64,000 bases of DNA, from NCBI GenBank assembly GCA_976551045.1, contig CDPCPM010000247.1, forward strand, positions 3,472,001 through 3,536,000, given 5' to 3'. The stretch comes from Glaucostegus cemiculus. Taxonomy: Eukaryota. Below are positions 1 through 12,260 of the stretch, in pieces. Position 1 is the first letter of the stretch, and each line of letters starts with the position of its first letter. The position numbers and the translations under genes were made by a program. The notes beneath the pieces are model-generated. The model did not search any database, was not told the origin of the DNA, and saw only the letters and a list, made by a program, of their open reading frames with translations.

Positions 1-420
1 ACATTCATCATCTCTTTAAAAATGTAATTCCGGTCATCAGGCACACCCTTCTCTTTATCTATCCATGCTGCCTCTCTCCAATCGGTGGGGAAGTTTCTTC
101 GTATTCAAGTACACCATCCTTAACTGTAGAGTCTATTGATTTCTCAACTATTATGCTAAGAGGTCTATAATTCTCTAGTAGACCCCTCTAAATTTTATTA
201 GATTGTGGTGTAATGTGCATATTTTCCATCAATTTGTATCATAACCAAGTCAAAGCCCTTCAGTCTCCTGAACTGCCAGAATATTTGGATGACCTCCTTC
301 AATTTGTGGAATATTCACTTGAATTACATTCTCCGTTTGGGCCAAAAATGCAACTGTTTCATTTGAAAATGAAGGAGTAATCACATCAGCATTTTGTTCA
401 GTGCAATGTCTAGATATGCT
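1..420 (-). mobile_element. Highly decayed CR1-type LINE ORF2 fragment
   Basis: Minus strand near 140-180 reads NYRPLSIIVEK, a decayed form of the CR1 RT motif GNYRPVSLTSVVGK. No intact ORF. Confidence 0.5.
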
Positions 421-554
421 CCCTTGAACCACTTAATTGTTGAGCATTTGTTGCAACGTTTCAAATTATTACACATTTTATATTTAGCATAGAAAAAGAT
501 AGCTTTGAGTATCTATAACATTGAAGACTCTAAACTTTCACTACCCTTTCCCAC

Positions 555-850
555 CACCCAGGGACCCAACCAATTTCAAAGTGAAGGAGAATTAACTTGA
601 ACTTCTTCCAAACTAGTGTACTGCATTCAGTCTCCTTTACATCATGGAAACAAAATGCAGACTGGGTGATCACTTTACCTAAAACTTCTGTTCAGTATGC
701 AAGGGTGATCTGAACTTACAGTTGCCACTTTAATTCTCTAGTCCATCCCATTTTGACCCATCTTTCCCTTCCTATTCTTTAATGAAACTCAATATGAGCT
801 CAAGATACAGCACCTCATCTTTTGACTCGGCACATTGCAGCCTTCTGCCT
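555..850 (+). mobile_element. Penelope-like element remnant (GIY-YIG endonuclease region)
   Basis: Frameshifted conceptual translation follows the Penelope pattern GPxxxFKV..TSSKLVYCI..ETKCRLGDHF..V.CHFNS..QHLIFxLGTLQPS. Confidence 0.7.
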
Positions 851-954
851 CACATTTCCAGTCCTTTTTCTGTCTCCTAGTAATTTCAGATTCCCTTTAT
901 TTCCACCTTTTTGCACCTTGTGATATTCATTCACCTTTACCGCACCCTTTAGAT

Positions 955-1200
955 GATGAGGATGTTGCCCCTCATGGGGGAAACTAAAACCAATTTCAGA
1001 TCAAGGCATTACCCATTTATGACACAAATGAAGGAGTTTTTCCTCTCTCAGAGAAGGTTTAGCTGCCGAAATGTGAAGGGCAGTAATTTACAAGCTTATG
1101 GATAAAGTGGAGAAAGGTTAACTTGGGAGTTCTACCAATGAGCTGGCATGAATTCTGTGGGCCAAATGTTTTACCTCTTTGTTGCAACTTTCTATAATTC
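955..1200 (+). mobile_element. CR1 LINE 3' end remnant
   Basis: gaggatgttgcccctcatggggg...gaaggagtttttcctctctcagag matches the CR1 ORF2 C-terminus, followed by a tgggccaaatg tail motif. Confidence 0.55.
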
Positions 1201-1589
1201 TAATTATATTGCATTACAAATGTTTTTTATTTTTAAAAACTTTTAAAACCTATGCTGGAAATGATTGAGAATTTGTAATACAATCAGATCAAATTGCTTT
1301 ATCAGTTCTTTTAATGGAGCTATTAATTCATTTGAAATGTACTGGTTATTATCATCATCCAGCCACTTATCACTAACAATAACATATTGTCATATTGCTC
1401 TTTTAATTTTGGTGTTTATCCACTAACATTGCTGCTGATTGGTTTTGTGCATCTCCAAAGGGATGATTTTGTGAGCAGTTAAACCATTTAAGTTAGTTAA
1501 GGGCAACCTGCACCACTTAAAGAGGACATGCTTTGTGGGTGCAGCCTGGGAGAACTTATTCTAAGGTAACTGCAGCTTATGACAAGAGA

Positions 1590-3130
1590 TCGTACAACAC
1601 GACAGATTGCAGGCTTCATGATTTTCTGACAGAGCAGTGAAGGCCTAGAGCACTGAGATAACAAGGAAGAAAGATATCCTGTGTCTGTAGATGGGCAGGA
1701 GGCCTCCAGACACGGTGAAACTGAAGTGGCAGCTGTAACGGTCAATGCCAGGGGACAAGCCCCATAGACCGAAGGCAGCATTGCAAAGGTCTGATGACTT
1801 CACACACTTGGTTAAAGTCAATGAATGCATTTTAATAGATGAATCCCAGCAAGTGAATTATTAGCCTTTGCCACTATTTCACACAGGTCACCTCCATCAA
1901 ATAAAATATTTATCAATCGGGATAGGGACCCAGTATTCCAGTAACCTCCCACACCCTTGCTCACTCTCAAGCCTCAGAACTTGCAACCACTGCAAGCCAT
2001 TCAACCATGGCATCATCACTTACATCAGTTACTCAAGCAACACTCAGTGACGCACATTCTTCCTTCCACAACAAGCAAGTGCAAAGTGTGGCGACTGGTG
2101 CAGGACTACATCCCCTTACTTCATCTCCAGTCCAGGAGCAGGTGCTCACCAGAATGGGAGCAGCTGTGTCACAGTCCTCGACAGCAATGGGCTATCTTGT
2201 AATGTCCCATTCTCCCTCATCACATAACCTCTTGCCACTTACAAACTGGAGATGGTGTAAGCAATGCCCCTACTCGTTCATCATGTTACCTGTTTAATCT
2301 GCCTCCTCTCAGACTGCAGGTGATTGAACAGCAAAATGCAAGGACACTTAATCTAATAATTGCAGTCACTAGGCACAGAGCTGAAGTTAGAGGCAGCACC
2401 TGCCTCAGGTGAGACACCCAGCTTGCAGCCTAGGAGGGGGAAAGGGTCACCCATCCAAATTCCTGGAGTGAACTGGCACATGTAGGGGACTTGGATGGAA
2501 ACAGTAATGGACAATTTACAGCAGGAAATGGATGAATACAGCCAATGGAATACCTTGTGCCATGCATGGTCTGCCAGAAAGCATACAAGGAACATCAAGG
2601 AGATAAGGCACTCAGGCGAAAACCTCACACAAGATTTAGTGCAGTTTAGAGCTTGGTCTTGCCAGTGTAGAAGCAATGGCAACATTATTAACACATTTGA
2701 TGGGCACTACTGACATGGTTCAATGGCCTTTGCCTCTGCTTCCACCAATCCCAGCTCAGACACCTGCCTTGCAAACTCAGACTGCTGCCATCATAGCCAT
2801 GGATACCACAGCTGAACAGAGCTCCCAGGCTGCCACAGTAATCCAGTAATATGCCTTCCAACTGATTAATCGGATTGCGAAGGTGCTGCCCCAATTTTCC
2901 ATTAACCACAAATCTGGTCTGGATGGGATCACAAATACTGTTGCCCTGACAGTATTTATTGTACTTACAGTATCCTTGCCTTTTGCCATTGCCTGGTGAT
3001 TGTAGTGCAACGTTGTAGTCCAAAGCTGAGCCTGTCAGGCCCACAGTTGCTCCAAGGTCAGCTGAAGCTGTACTCCTTCATGCTGTAGTCACTGGGGCAG
3101 CAGTGCTTACACGGCTCAGGCAGCTGCTGA
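1590..3130 (+). pseudogene. Harbinger transposon Myb/SANT-like DNA-binding gene remnant
   Basis: 1610-1830 reads QAS*FSDRAVKA*STEITRKKDILCL*MGRRPP..KW then EVAAVTVNARGQAP*T. This matches the Myb_DNA-bind_5 pattern PRFS..LE.LV.EV..RR.VL...W.EVA..VNA...RT..QC. In-frame stops and frameshifts are present. The downstream extent is estimated. Confidence 0.65.
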
Positions 3131-3269
3131 ATGAGCACTAAGAGAATAACTGGAAAGCATAGGCGGGGTATTTGGCATTTTTTTTTTTAATTGGACGTAA
3201 GGCTGCACATCAGAGTCAAAAGCCATGTGATATGATAATAGCACTTCTCATTCAGTGATCACCCTTTCA

Positions 3270-3890
3270 CGTGGTGAGCTGGCTCAAATATGAATGGCAC
3301 TGTGAACTAGTGCAGAATGAATTTATTATGACTGCTACATGGATACCTGGACGTAACCATCAGGATACATCTTGCAGCACTATGTAACACCTATACATTT
3401 TGGTTTAAGTTCATCCACAATGTGACAAAAGTGCTTTCAATGGAACCCTGCAGCTCTGGGGAGCCCCCAGTCTTCTCAAAGCCATGGCCTCCCTCATCTC
3501 ATTGTTCTCTGGCAAGAGAAATCAGATAAATTCTATTCACCTGGAGTAAAAAAATCTCTGATGTCTTCGGGCAACAGGCTGCAGTTTGTTGGATTGGAAA
3601 GAGGTAGCTGTGTAAAAGTAACTAACAGTGAATGGTAAAGTGGTTCTTATCTCATTTTTATGGTAGTAGTGCCAACCACATTTTCATTGAGGATCTCTTA
3701 ACTGTACTGGAGTCATGTCACTCTGCTCCATGATAAGGTACATGTAGAAGAATTGATCTTAGAAAATCCTTGGTGGAGGCAGCCTCCTCTGTGGCCCCTT
3801 TTCGATCTTCTCCCCTTTCTCCTCAGCCCTGGCTTTAGTTTCTTCATCCTCCCTATCATGCTCCACTCCTAGTGCCATGATCTGCCTCCA
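3270..3890 (-). pseudogene. Harbinger (PIF/HARBI1-like) DDE transposase remnant, N-terminal half
   Basis: Minus strand gives RRLPPPRIF, then GHGFEKTGGSPELQGSIESTFVTL (cf. GF..IAGFP.VQGAIDCTHV) and ILMVTSRYPCSSHNKFILH (cf. ARYPGSSHDAFIL) at 3310-3366. Catalytic aspartates are mutated. Confidence 0.75.
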
Positions 3891-4219
3891 CTGCTTCTCC
3901 AAGATTGTATGGCATTGCACAAGGTGTATTTTGTCTGAAACAGTGGCTAGCATGACCCATGCTCCATAAGTATGCAGACATATCACACACTAAATTGTAC
4001 AAGCATTGACTGTGGTAGTGCCCAAGTTGTGGACACTGAACAAACAATTTTATAGCCTATTACTCATTCACAAACTGGCCAAAGATTCACATTATAGAGC
4101 GATGTGTCAAAAAAATATTTAAATCACACAAATCTTGAACAAAAATGCCCAAAATGCAGTAGTTTAATTGAAATGTACAATGTATTATTCTTTCAACTCA
4201 TTGCAAATTTCCAAGAAAT

Positions 4220-4570
4220 TCACTGGAGTTTAGAAGAGAAGTGATCTCATCAAAACATGTAGCATTCAACAGGGCTTGACAGGGTATTTGTTGTGGGGAG
4301 TCTAGAACTAGAGGAATAGCCTCAGAATCATAGATCATTCACTTGATACTGAAAGGAGGAAGATACATATGTCTGTGTTGTGAATCTTTGGCATTCTCTA
4401 TCTGAGAGCATGGATGTCGAGTTGTTGCTTATGTTCAAGGCTGAGCTCAGGTTTTTAACCTGAATCAGCAAGAAAATAGAGCTGAGGCCAGTGATCAGAT
4501 CAGCTATGATCTTACTGGGTGATGAAGCAGGCTCGAGGGTGCCATATGATGTACTCTGTTTCTTAACTTT
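4220..4570 (+). mobile_element. CR1 LINE 3' end
   Basis: gatctcatcaaaacatg...gggcttgacaggg...gagtctagaactagagg...gttgtgaatctttggcattctct is the canonical CR1 ORF2 end, followed by a gcaggctcgaggg tail. Confidence 0.75.
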
Positions 4571-6029
4571 CACAATTCCTATTCTTCCTCAGTCACACTT
4601 AAAAAGTCTTGATGCCATAGCATGTGCACATTCTATTCCATTTCCTAAAGCTGATTTCCAAAGCCAAATTCAACATGTATACAATACCATACAGTGCATT
4701 TTGCATACTTGCTAACCCGTAGTTTCATAGTATTTGTGTATGGAAGAGAATGGAATTAAGAAGTGTTTCAGCCCCTTATTTATTGTTCAAAGGACTTTGA
4801 AGACAATGGCTCAAATCTTGCAAGGTAAATTACTTACAATGTTAGGATCTGTGTGTAGATACAGAATCCCCCCAAATTCTCTCAGCTGTTTGTGATATTG
4901 CCAAGAATTTATTCTGACATTGAATGACTCATGGAGTCTTGCAGTGTAGTGTGAATTAATAGTAATTCCCCAACTTCTGCTCAAGCACTCTGCACCAGCT
5001 TAGACCTGACACAAGAACAGCATCTCCATTTATGAATTTAAATTAATGCACATTTTCTAATAAACTGTTTGAGATTATTTCCCTTTTCAGTGTCTTTTAA
5101 TATTTCTAAAATGGTTTAATTTCTTTGAATTGTTAAAATAGTTTTAGGATGTTTTAAATTATTAGAGATATTCAGAAATGACAGGGTTTAACTGTGGGAT
5201 AGGTCAGGCTGTGGCTTTCTAAACTTGCTTTCTGTTGCTTCACGTGCAGGGCAGTTTTGCTCCCTCCCTCCTGCTCTATGTAACAGCAATTACATGCACA
5301 CAGCCTTGCTACCAGAGAGGAACTTACCATCAAGGACAGTCAACTGGTCAGATTGACAGCCAAATAGACTTAGCTGGTCAGCATTAGGAAATTCTGGATC
5401 ACCGAGCCATTTAACCATTTAAACAATTTGTATTAATCACTGAGCATCTAGTCAGTAAACAATCTGCTCAGGCATTTTTTGTATCATAATGTTCCATCTA
5501 AATTATTAGGGGTGCGTGGAAGGGGACAAGCTGGGGCACAGGCTATGCAATAATCACCCAAGGAAACAGCTACAAGGTAAGATTATGAATGCATGCATAC
5601 ATCCCGCAATGTTACAGATGCAAGCACAAAACCTTCCAAATTTAAATTTCAGTCCATGGCTCAAAGTGCAAATTAAAATTAAAACTGAGATTTAAAACTT
5701 GAAATGTTTACCCTTTCAATTAATAAAACACCCCACTAAAGCATCATTACTTATCCTTCATCACCAAAATATATTTAAAGAGGTTTCATACAAAAAATAA
5801 TTGTTCTGGGAATTCACCTCTCTATCTCTCTGACCTTCATCTAAAAATTGTAAAACTATGGAAACATGAATATACATAAACATTTTTCAGAAGCACTCAC
5901 ACGAAACCTTCATCAGTATTCACTATATGCATGAAGCAATCCTTAAATGTCTCAGAACTTTTTCCTCTCTGAAAACCAATATTTATTCCTTTTCTCTAAA
6001 TACCCCTGAGAAGGCAGCGGTGGCTATAT

Positions 6030-6212
6030 ATTGGGAGAACACTGTTAGATAAAGAGTGTGTTCCCATGCCCTTCAAAGTGGTGGTCACTGTTTGGGAGGT
6101 GCTGCTGAAGAAGTGGCAGTGCATCTTGACTGTAAACACTGCAGCCGTGGTATGACGGTGATGGCGAGGAGAAGTGTTTAAGGTGGGTGCAATCTGGGCT
6201 GATCCCATCCAA
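6030..6212 (-). mobile_element. CR1/L2-group LINE RT C-terminal fragment
   Basis: ORF 5996-6208 contains HHRHTTAAVFTVKMHC (cf. HHRRTVAAVCTIYKMHC). Same family as 58380-58880. Confidence 0.6.
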
Positions 6213-6465
6213 ACCTGATGACTTTTTGAAAACAGAAGTAGAGCCAGCCTTCCTCATACCTTTCCATAATCAATTTTTATCCCAAACTTATCTTTTATTT
6301 TTACAGTGACCAGGCCATTATCTTCTTCCCAGGAAAAAATGCAAAATACTCACTTAGTATCTCAACCACACACTCTGCTACCACGGACAGGTCAGCACTA
6401 TGTTCAACAAACAGCCCTGCTCGCCCTACTTTTACTATTTACATACAGAACAGTTTTGGGAAGTA

Positions 6466-6777
6466 CAGGCAGTCCTTAGGTTAGGTCAGTGTTCCATTCT
6501 TCAGAGGTGTCCATAAGCCGACTTCTCCATAAGTCAGAAATGTCTGTTTTCTGTGGTAACCCATATTGTAGCGTTCTACATACACTTGCTAGAATTCTTT
6601 CATTTCATTGAATCATCACCCCAACACTACTGATAATTAAACTAATGGAATATACACTGTATCCAGTTGGTAATGAACACCATGATACATCGTAATACTA
6701 TTACAGGCTTGAAAAATGCTTTAAAAAATAGGAGAATTTGTGTAAAGTCAGGTTATTCATAAACTTGGGAGCCCATG
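6466..6777. mobile_element. Tigger/Tc1-mariner-type MITE
   Basis: Structure is TA-CAGGCAGTCC...gggagcccatg-TA with degenerate TIRs and TA flanks. The left end (gttccatt...gtccataagccga) is shared with the copy at 51058. Confidence 0.6.
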
Positions 6778-8079
6778 TATGAGCAAAAGCTCAATGATTC
6801 CCAATAAAAAAGGACATTCACACAAGAAAACTCAAAAATGACTTTGAATATAAAGCAGAACAAATAATTATGCTGAAAACATAGAGGGCTGAGTACTTGC
6901 TGTAACTTTAATTGCAGATTTTCCCAACGTTCCTTCACTAACAATGATGGAACAAAGAAACATTAGTCCACAAAAGACTAAAAGGGCATAGAATAGATGA
7001 AGGCACAAGATTTATTTCCCCGGGCGCTCTGGGGGCAGGCAACCCTTCACTCTGAACATTGTTATTTTTGACATTTGCTATGTTTTGCTGCATTTTAGAA
7101 TTCACAATAGATCAACTGACCTATTCCACCCTGTCTCTCCAAACCTGTCCACAATCCTAATGATTACAGATGGTTACATGAAAAAAGTAATTAATAATTC
7201 TGAAGTAACCAGGAAAGCTAACATTGAAAATACCAAAGGCAGAAGAAATAAAATTAATCAAGCTATTAAGTGTCAATGTTATCTAAAGATGCATATTTTG
7301 TTTTAAACCATCACTTCAGTTCGTGCTCAGAATGTGGGAATGTTGGAATAAGCTATGAAACACTGTCGTTCTCCTGGTTATGGTGACCTTACCTAGAATT
7401 CAACCAGACACAATGAAGGAATGATGATATACAGTCCTGTCAACAGTATATGACATGGAGCAGATGATGGGCCACACCTCCCACTCTAGCCCCACATCCA
7501 CAATAAAATGCTTGTGGCTGCCTGGCTCCCAGCAACCATGAGACTGTGTAGCAAGGGCCATTCCACTGAAGCTGACAGAGTGACAAGGCTTCAGCAAGTG
7601 CAAAATGATGTGTTCTGACAGCCCACTATCAGAATAACAAATAAGTACTTAATCAGCATTAACAAATGCAAATTAAATAGTTATAGATAATAAATGAAAA
7701 AACTTACCTTCCAGTTACATTTTGTTGAAGGTGTAAAGGGGCCAGATGCAGAATTATATTCAGTCCCTTAGCCTAGGTAATTATGGAATGCCCCTGAACT
7801 CAATGGTGAGCCCAGAGACAGTGGGAGGTTAGACCCACCTGTATCTGAACCTCACCATGTTCCATGCTTCCCTGTTGCAGTGTGCAGGTGTAGAAATCTG
7901 CAAAGTGCAGCTCTGCACACTGCAGCTCATCACAGCTCTCTATGGACCTGCCAGCTAGCTATTCACATGGCCTGGCCCGGTTTTACTTATTCCCATTATT
8001 GGTAGAAATCACAGCCTGTATCTGTATACCAGGATAACATCCATACATGGGAGATAGCAGTCAATGACCAGTCAGAACA

Positions 8080-8340
8080 ATAAAAAACTCAAGCCCACCA
8101 AAGTTCAAGGCACTGACATTGCTGAGTCTCCTAACTTTAATATCTTGGGGGTCAATATTTATGAGATGCTTTACTGCACCAGACATTTCAGTGACAGCAT
8201 TCAGGGAATGGAAATGGTGGGCAAGTGTCTTACTTTCAAGCCACTCAAATCTCCCAAGTTACAAGCCTCAGGTTAGGGACGCAATTGAATGGTTATCACT
8301 GATCTGGAATAACATTGAAGTAGTTCACAATATCACAGAG
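8080..8340 (+). mobile_element. Decayed CR1/L2-group LINE RT fragment
   Basis: NILGVNI and YKPQVRDAIEW correspond to ILGVTI and YKAQVRSVMEY motifs. Confidence 0.5.
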
Positions 8341-9339
8341 AGAGAGGTGGAAGAATTAATTTTTGTTTAAAGTTACTTACAGTATAGTGATTTGATTCTG
8401 CGTAGTAATCTATTTTGGTAAAGCTATTTTGAATTAATGTGAACACTTAAATGTAAAATCATTATAATTAGTCTTAGTTTAGGCTTTATAATCTAGGGAT
8501 GAAATACAGTTAGAAACAACAGGAAGGCACAATGTATGCAGGTGTATTGACTTGTTGAGTGTTTAATAATAATCCTAAAATTATAGAAATATTGGTATTA
8601 CTTGGATTAGGTCATTAGAAATGGCCACTATTAACACAGAAGATATTTGGTTTTAGTATCTCTCATATTTCCATAGCAATTTAAAAGGGCTCATTGAATT
8701 TTCATCTAGTAATAGTCTCAGCTAACTAGCGATATTCAGTCCTTGTTCAGCTTTATTCATGAGTGCAATTTATTTGTGAGATTAATCTAGATGTTTTTCA
8801 CCAGTCTATGCTCATGCCCCCAATCAATATTCATGTTCATTTACAGGCATGTACATATAGTCATCAAAACATACAAAACCCAAAACACCCCATCTCACTC
8901 ATATACTTACAGGGCAGTAAAAACAAATGGTCTGCATCAATGCAAACAGCATGGGGTGCAATTCAGATGTGATATCATTCAAAGTACATCAAACAAAAAA
9001 GGAAAATCTACTACAGATTTTTCCTCAACTCATTCTTGCAAAATGAACTTTAGCAGTTACAGGGTCTCCAAGTTCTATTTTTTAAAAATAATTCTTATTG
9101 TTAACAGTGGCAAAAATGTAAGATTCCCTGCCATATTACAATTGAATGTATATTCAAATATTAGTGACTGGAGCTTTACCAATGCAGGCAGTTATTAATA
9201 ACAAATTATATTTCTGAAGTGACTTACACATGATAAAGTATCACAAAGTGATTCATAGAGGAACATATACACCAAGGAAAAACAGGGAAAGAGTGAAGAA
9301 GGGAAAATGTAAAAGAAAATGAGGAGGTTAAAGAAGAGG

Positions 9340-9450
9340 AAGCAAAGAGAAATGTTCATTTTAATACATCTTTCCAAGGCTGCAGGACATCCCACAGAAC
9401 TGCAAACCAATGAAGTATTTTGCTGCAGAGCATTGATCAATAGTAAGATG
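9340..9450 (-). mobile_element. Deu-SINE/L2-type 3' tail remnant
   Basis: ggacatcccacagaactgcaaaccaatgaagtatttt is the reverse complement of the AAGTACTTCATTGG..GGGACGTCC tail pattern. Confidence 0.45.
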
Positions 9451-9924
9451 AAAATGAGAGTTTTGAACAGGAACTTGCAGAAAATCTTTCCAACACCTCT
9501 TGAAGAATAGTGAAGCCATGTTTTATGGAGGCTAAAGGGTACGCTCATAGATGCATAGTTGAGAACATTGCAGGGGTGGTGAGGAAGGAGTTCAGAGCTT
9601 TGGAGAGTAGATAGCCAAAAGATAAATACAAGCATGCAGTCAACTTTATCTATTAATAAACACTCAATTCTGGCAATAGATATTAAACTAGTTTCCTCAT
9701 AAAGTTGGCAGTCATGGAGGAATTACACATGGATTTCAGATGTTCTATTAGGGCCCAGATAGTAAAACTGAACAGAAGGAAAAATTCTATTCATATGCCT
9801 TCAGGAAAAGATTTTAATGCTTGATATCGTCTCTTCTACTAAAACGGATTCTGTTGGTGTATCCTTTACAGACAGGCTGCCCTTCCTCCTGTGAGAATCT
9901 AGACAACCTTCTAGCAGGGTTCCC

Positions 9925-10135
9925 AAGACACTGGTAGAGGTCACAGCTGAGCCCAATTCTGTCCTCACCCAACATTCAGCCCATAAAACAGAGGCTCCTG
10001 AACAGTCACGAAGGGCAGATGCCTGACCTTATACCTCTTCAATCTGGGGAAAGGGAAGGCTACACAATCAGCTCATTGATTAACGAATCGAACGGTGGAC
10101 ATTTCCGGTGTCTGAACTTCATACCAGGTAGCACA
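9925..10135 (-). mobile_element. Ancient tRNA-derived SINE, AmnSINE2-like
   Basis: cacagctgagcccaattctgtcctcacccaacat is the reverse complement of GGGTGAGGACAGGATCGGGCTCGGCTGTG. Related copies lie at 26280-26510 and 53030-53160. Confidence 0.5.
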
Positions 10136-11214
10136 TTCCAAGTAACCTTGACCAAAATGGCTTTAAAGTACAAGTGATGTTTTTTCCCATTGGACACGAC
10201 GGAACAATGGCAAATGTGCAACTGAATCGTAAAGTCAATGGTGCATTGAACTAAAATAATTGGAGGAGGATCGGCGCCTCATCGAAAGAATGGAAGTTAT
10301 TTGCTAAACGCCATTCGTGCAACGGAACACGGATGATACCTTGGATCTGACCCGTGGACTAAGCAACCCATTATTAATGATGGATGCGGTTTACTTCTGA
10401 GTAGGTCTCCATTGCTTGTCAGTTAAACGTTGCTTTAGAAGAACGGGGAACGAAATGTCGCACATTTTAAATACGCCGCATTTTAAACACGGGGCAGAAA
10501 ATATTTTCCCCCAAATTCCGCTGGGAGCGGGCCCGGGCTGCAGTAACGGAGTTCTGCCAGCGAGAGGCAACATTCGCTACAGCTTCCACTGGCTGTTTAG
10601 CTCCAGTCACCCGAACCGCGGATGCAGGAACTCGGTGCTGTCTCAAGAACTTGAGTGCGATTGGTTTTCCACAGTCTCTCCTTCCTCAATCCCATGCTTT
10701 GTTGTGTCTTACACTATGATTATTCAAAACCTCCTCAGATCTGATAAAATAACGCAGAGGATTTTTTGAGCACAAATTACACACTTACCACTTTCACAGA
10801 ATGACATAAGGTATGGAGCACTGAATCGGGCTATTGTCTGGAAGACCATGCCCCTACATTTCTACGCCTCCGGGTCCACCTCCTGCCCCATCCAACTCCA
10901 ACAGCGGGACCTTCTATTCTTTTGTCCCTAATTTGCTTATCTACTTTCCTCAAATGCACCAATACTGTTGGTTCAGCCACTTCTACAGCAGCAAATTCAC
11001 ATTATCCCCAGTCTCTGAGTAAAGACATGCCTTCTGGATTCCGTTTGAATTTTTGGGGCCACTGCTCAATTGACGGTTTCTGGTGTTACAAATGGAAACA
11101 TTATTATCGACTCTGTCAAAGCATTGTGACTGTAAACACCTGGATTAGATCAGCACAACCGCCGCCCCAACCCCAACTTTGTTAAGAACCTTCCCATAAT
11201 CGAAAAATCAACAA

Positions 11215-11472
11215 AAAAAAACTGCAGATGCTGGATATATTACATAAAAACAGAACATTATGGAAACTATAGGCAGGTCAGGCAGTATCTGTGGAAAGAG
11301 AAACAGTTAATTTAGCGGGTCGAAGACGTTTCATCGTTTTAAAACTGACTTTATTTTCCAGAGTTTCCCGTTCTGACGAAAGGTCTTCGACCTGAAACGT
11401 TCCCTTCATTTTGTTTTCCAGAAACGGTGCTCGATCTCATAAGTGTTTCCAGTATTTTCTGTTTTTATTCCA
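11215..11472. mobile_element. Hairpin-shaped non-autonomous element built from inverted Penelope-type termini
   Basis: The left arm ataaaaacagaa..ggaaac..gcaggtcaggcagtatctgtggaaagagaaac..ggtcgaagacgtttcatc pairs with the right arm gacgaaaggtcttcgacc..tttccag..tgtttccagtattttctgtttttat. Single-arm copies lie at 36120-36207, 40559-40643 and 57660-57720. Confidence 0.7.
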
Positions 11473-11599
11473 CACATTTAACCTTGCAAGACATTTCTGG
11501 CGCCACCCGTATAAACCTTGTTTGCAACCTCTGATGTCTCTACATCGGTTTTACGAACAGATGACTAAGTTTTGTTCCAAGTTCTCTGCTTCAGTTCTA

Positions 11600-12260
11600 A
11601 CCCTCTAGAACCATAGGTTTTGTGTTTGGGGTTGAATTGGCATTTTTAACCTGCATTGGCATGCTAGTGGTTTTGTGTAATTGCACTCTGAGATCCTTTT
11701 TCTCGTTTCCATTTTCATTCTTTCTTTCCAAATGTGACTTTTCTCCAAAAACTATATTCCATTTATTAGAGCCAAGTTCACTGCTGTAGATTCTTGAAAA
11801 CCTCTTATCCTTTTCATTTCGGCAATTTTTTTTAAGAAATGCGACCTTGAATCTAAAGTCCGTGCATTAATATAGAATCACAAACAGTGGCCTTAGCGTT
11901 GATTCCTTTCAAACGTCACTTTCCACTTTCAGTCATTTGGAACAGCCATCCTGATCTCGCATTATTCATTGGTCTCTGACATGGGACCTTACTGAAGGCC
12001 TTATCGAAATATGCGTAAATTACATCTATCTTATCACCCTTATCTATTCATTTTTAAATCTCCTTTGGTCAAACTAGACTTCCCCTTTTGAGATCCATGC
12101 TATGGCTATTCATTCTCACTTGTTTGATTGCTAGATAGTTTCTACATTCTCATTTAAAGGAGACTCATTATTTTATCACTGATGTTAATCTCACTGGCCA
12201 GCAGTTCTCCGGAAATGTTCTAACTCTTAAAATTCTCCGATTAAGGACTGCTAATTCACT
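11600..12260 (-). mobile_element. Decayed CR1 RT remnant
   Basis: acagtggccttagcgttgattcc, gggaccttactgaaggccttatcgaaat and tggtcaaactagacttcccctt...ccatgct are reverse complements of the PQGS.LGPL, DF.KAFD.VP and QHGF..GKSCLT motifs. Confidence 0.55.

Noticed and set aside
7700-7900. Minus-strand AAG|GTAAGT donor with a possible upstream acceptor
   Set aside because: The frame I translated contains a stop and shows no protein similarity. Isolated splice-like words are common.
8763-9635. 135-146 aa ORFs on both strands
   Set aside because: Low-complexity, composition-driven translations overlapping a SINE tail, with no splice or homology support.
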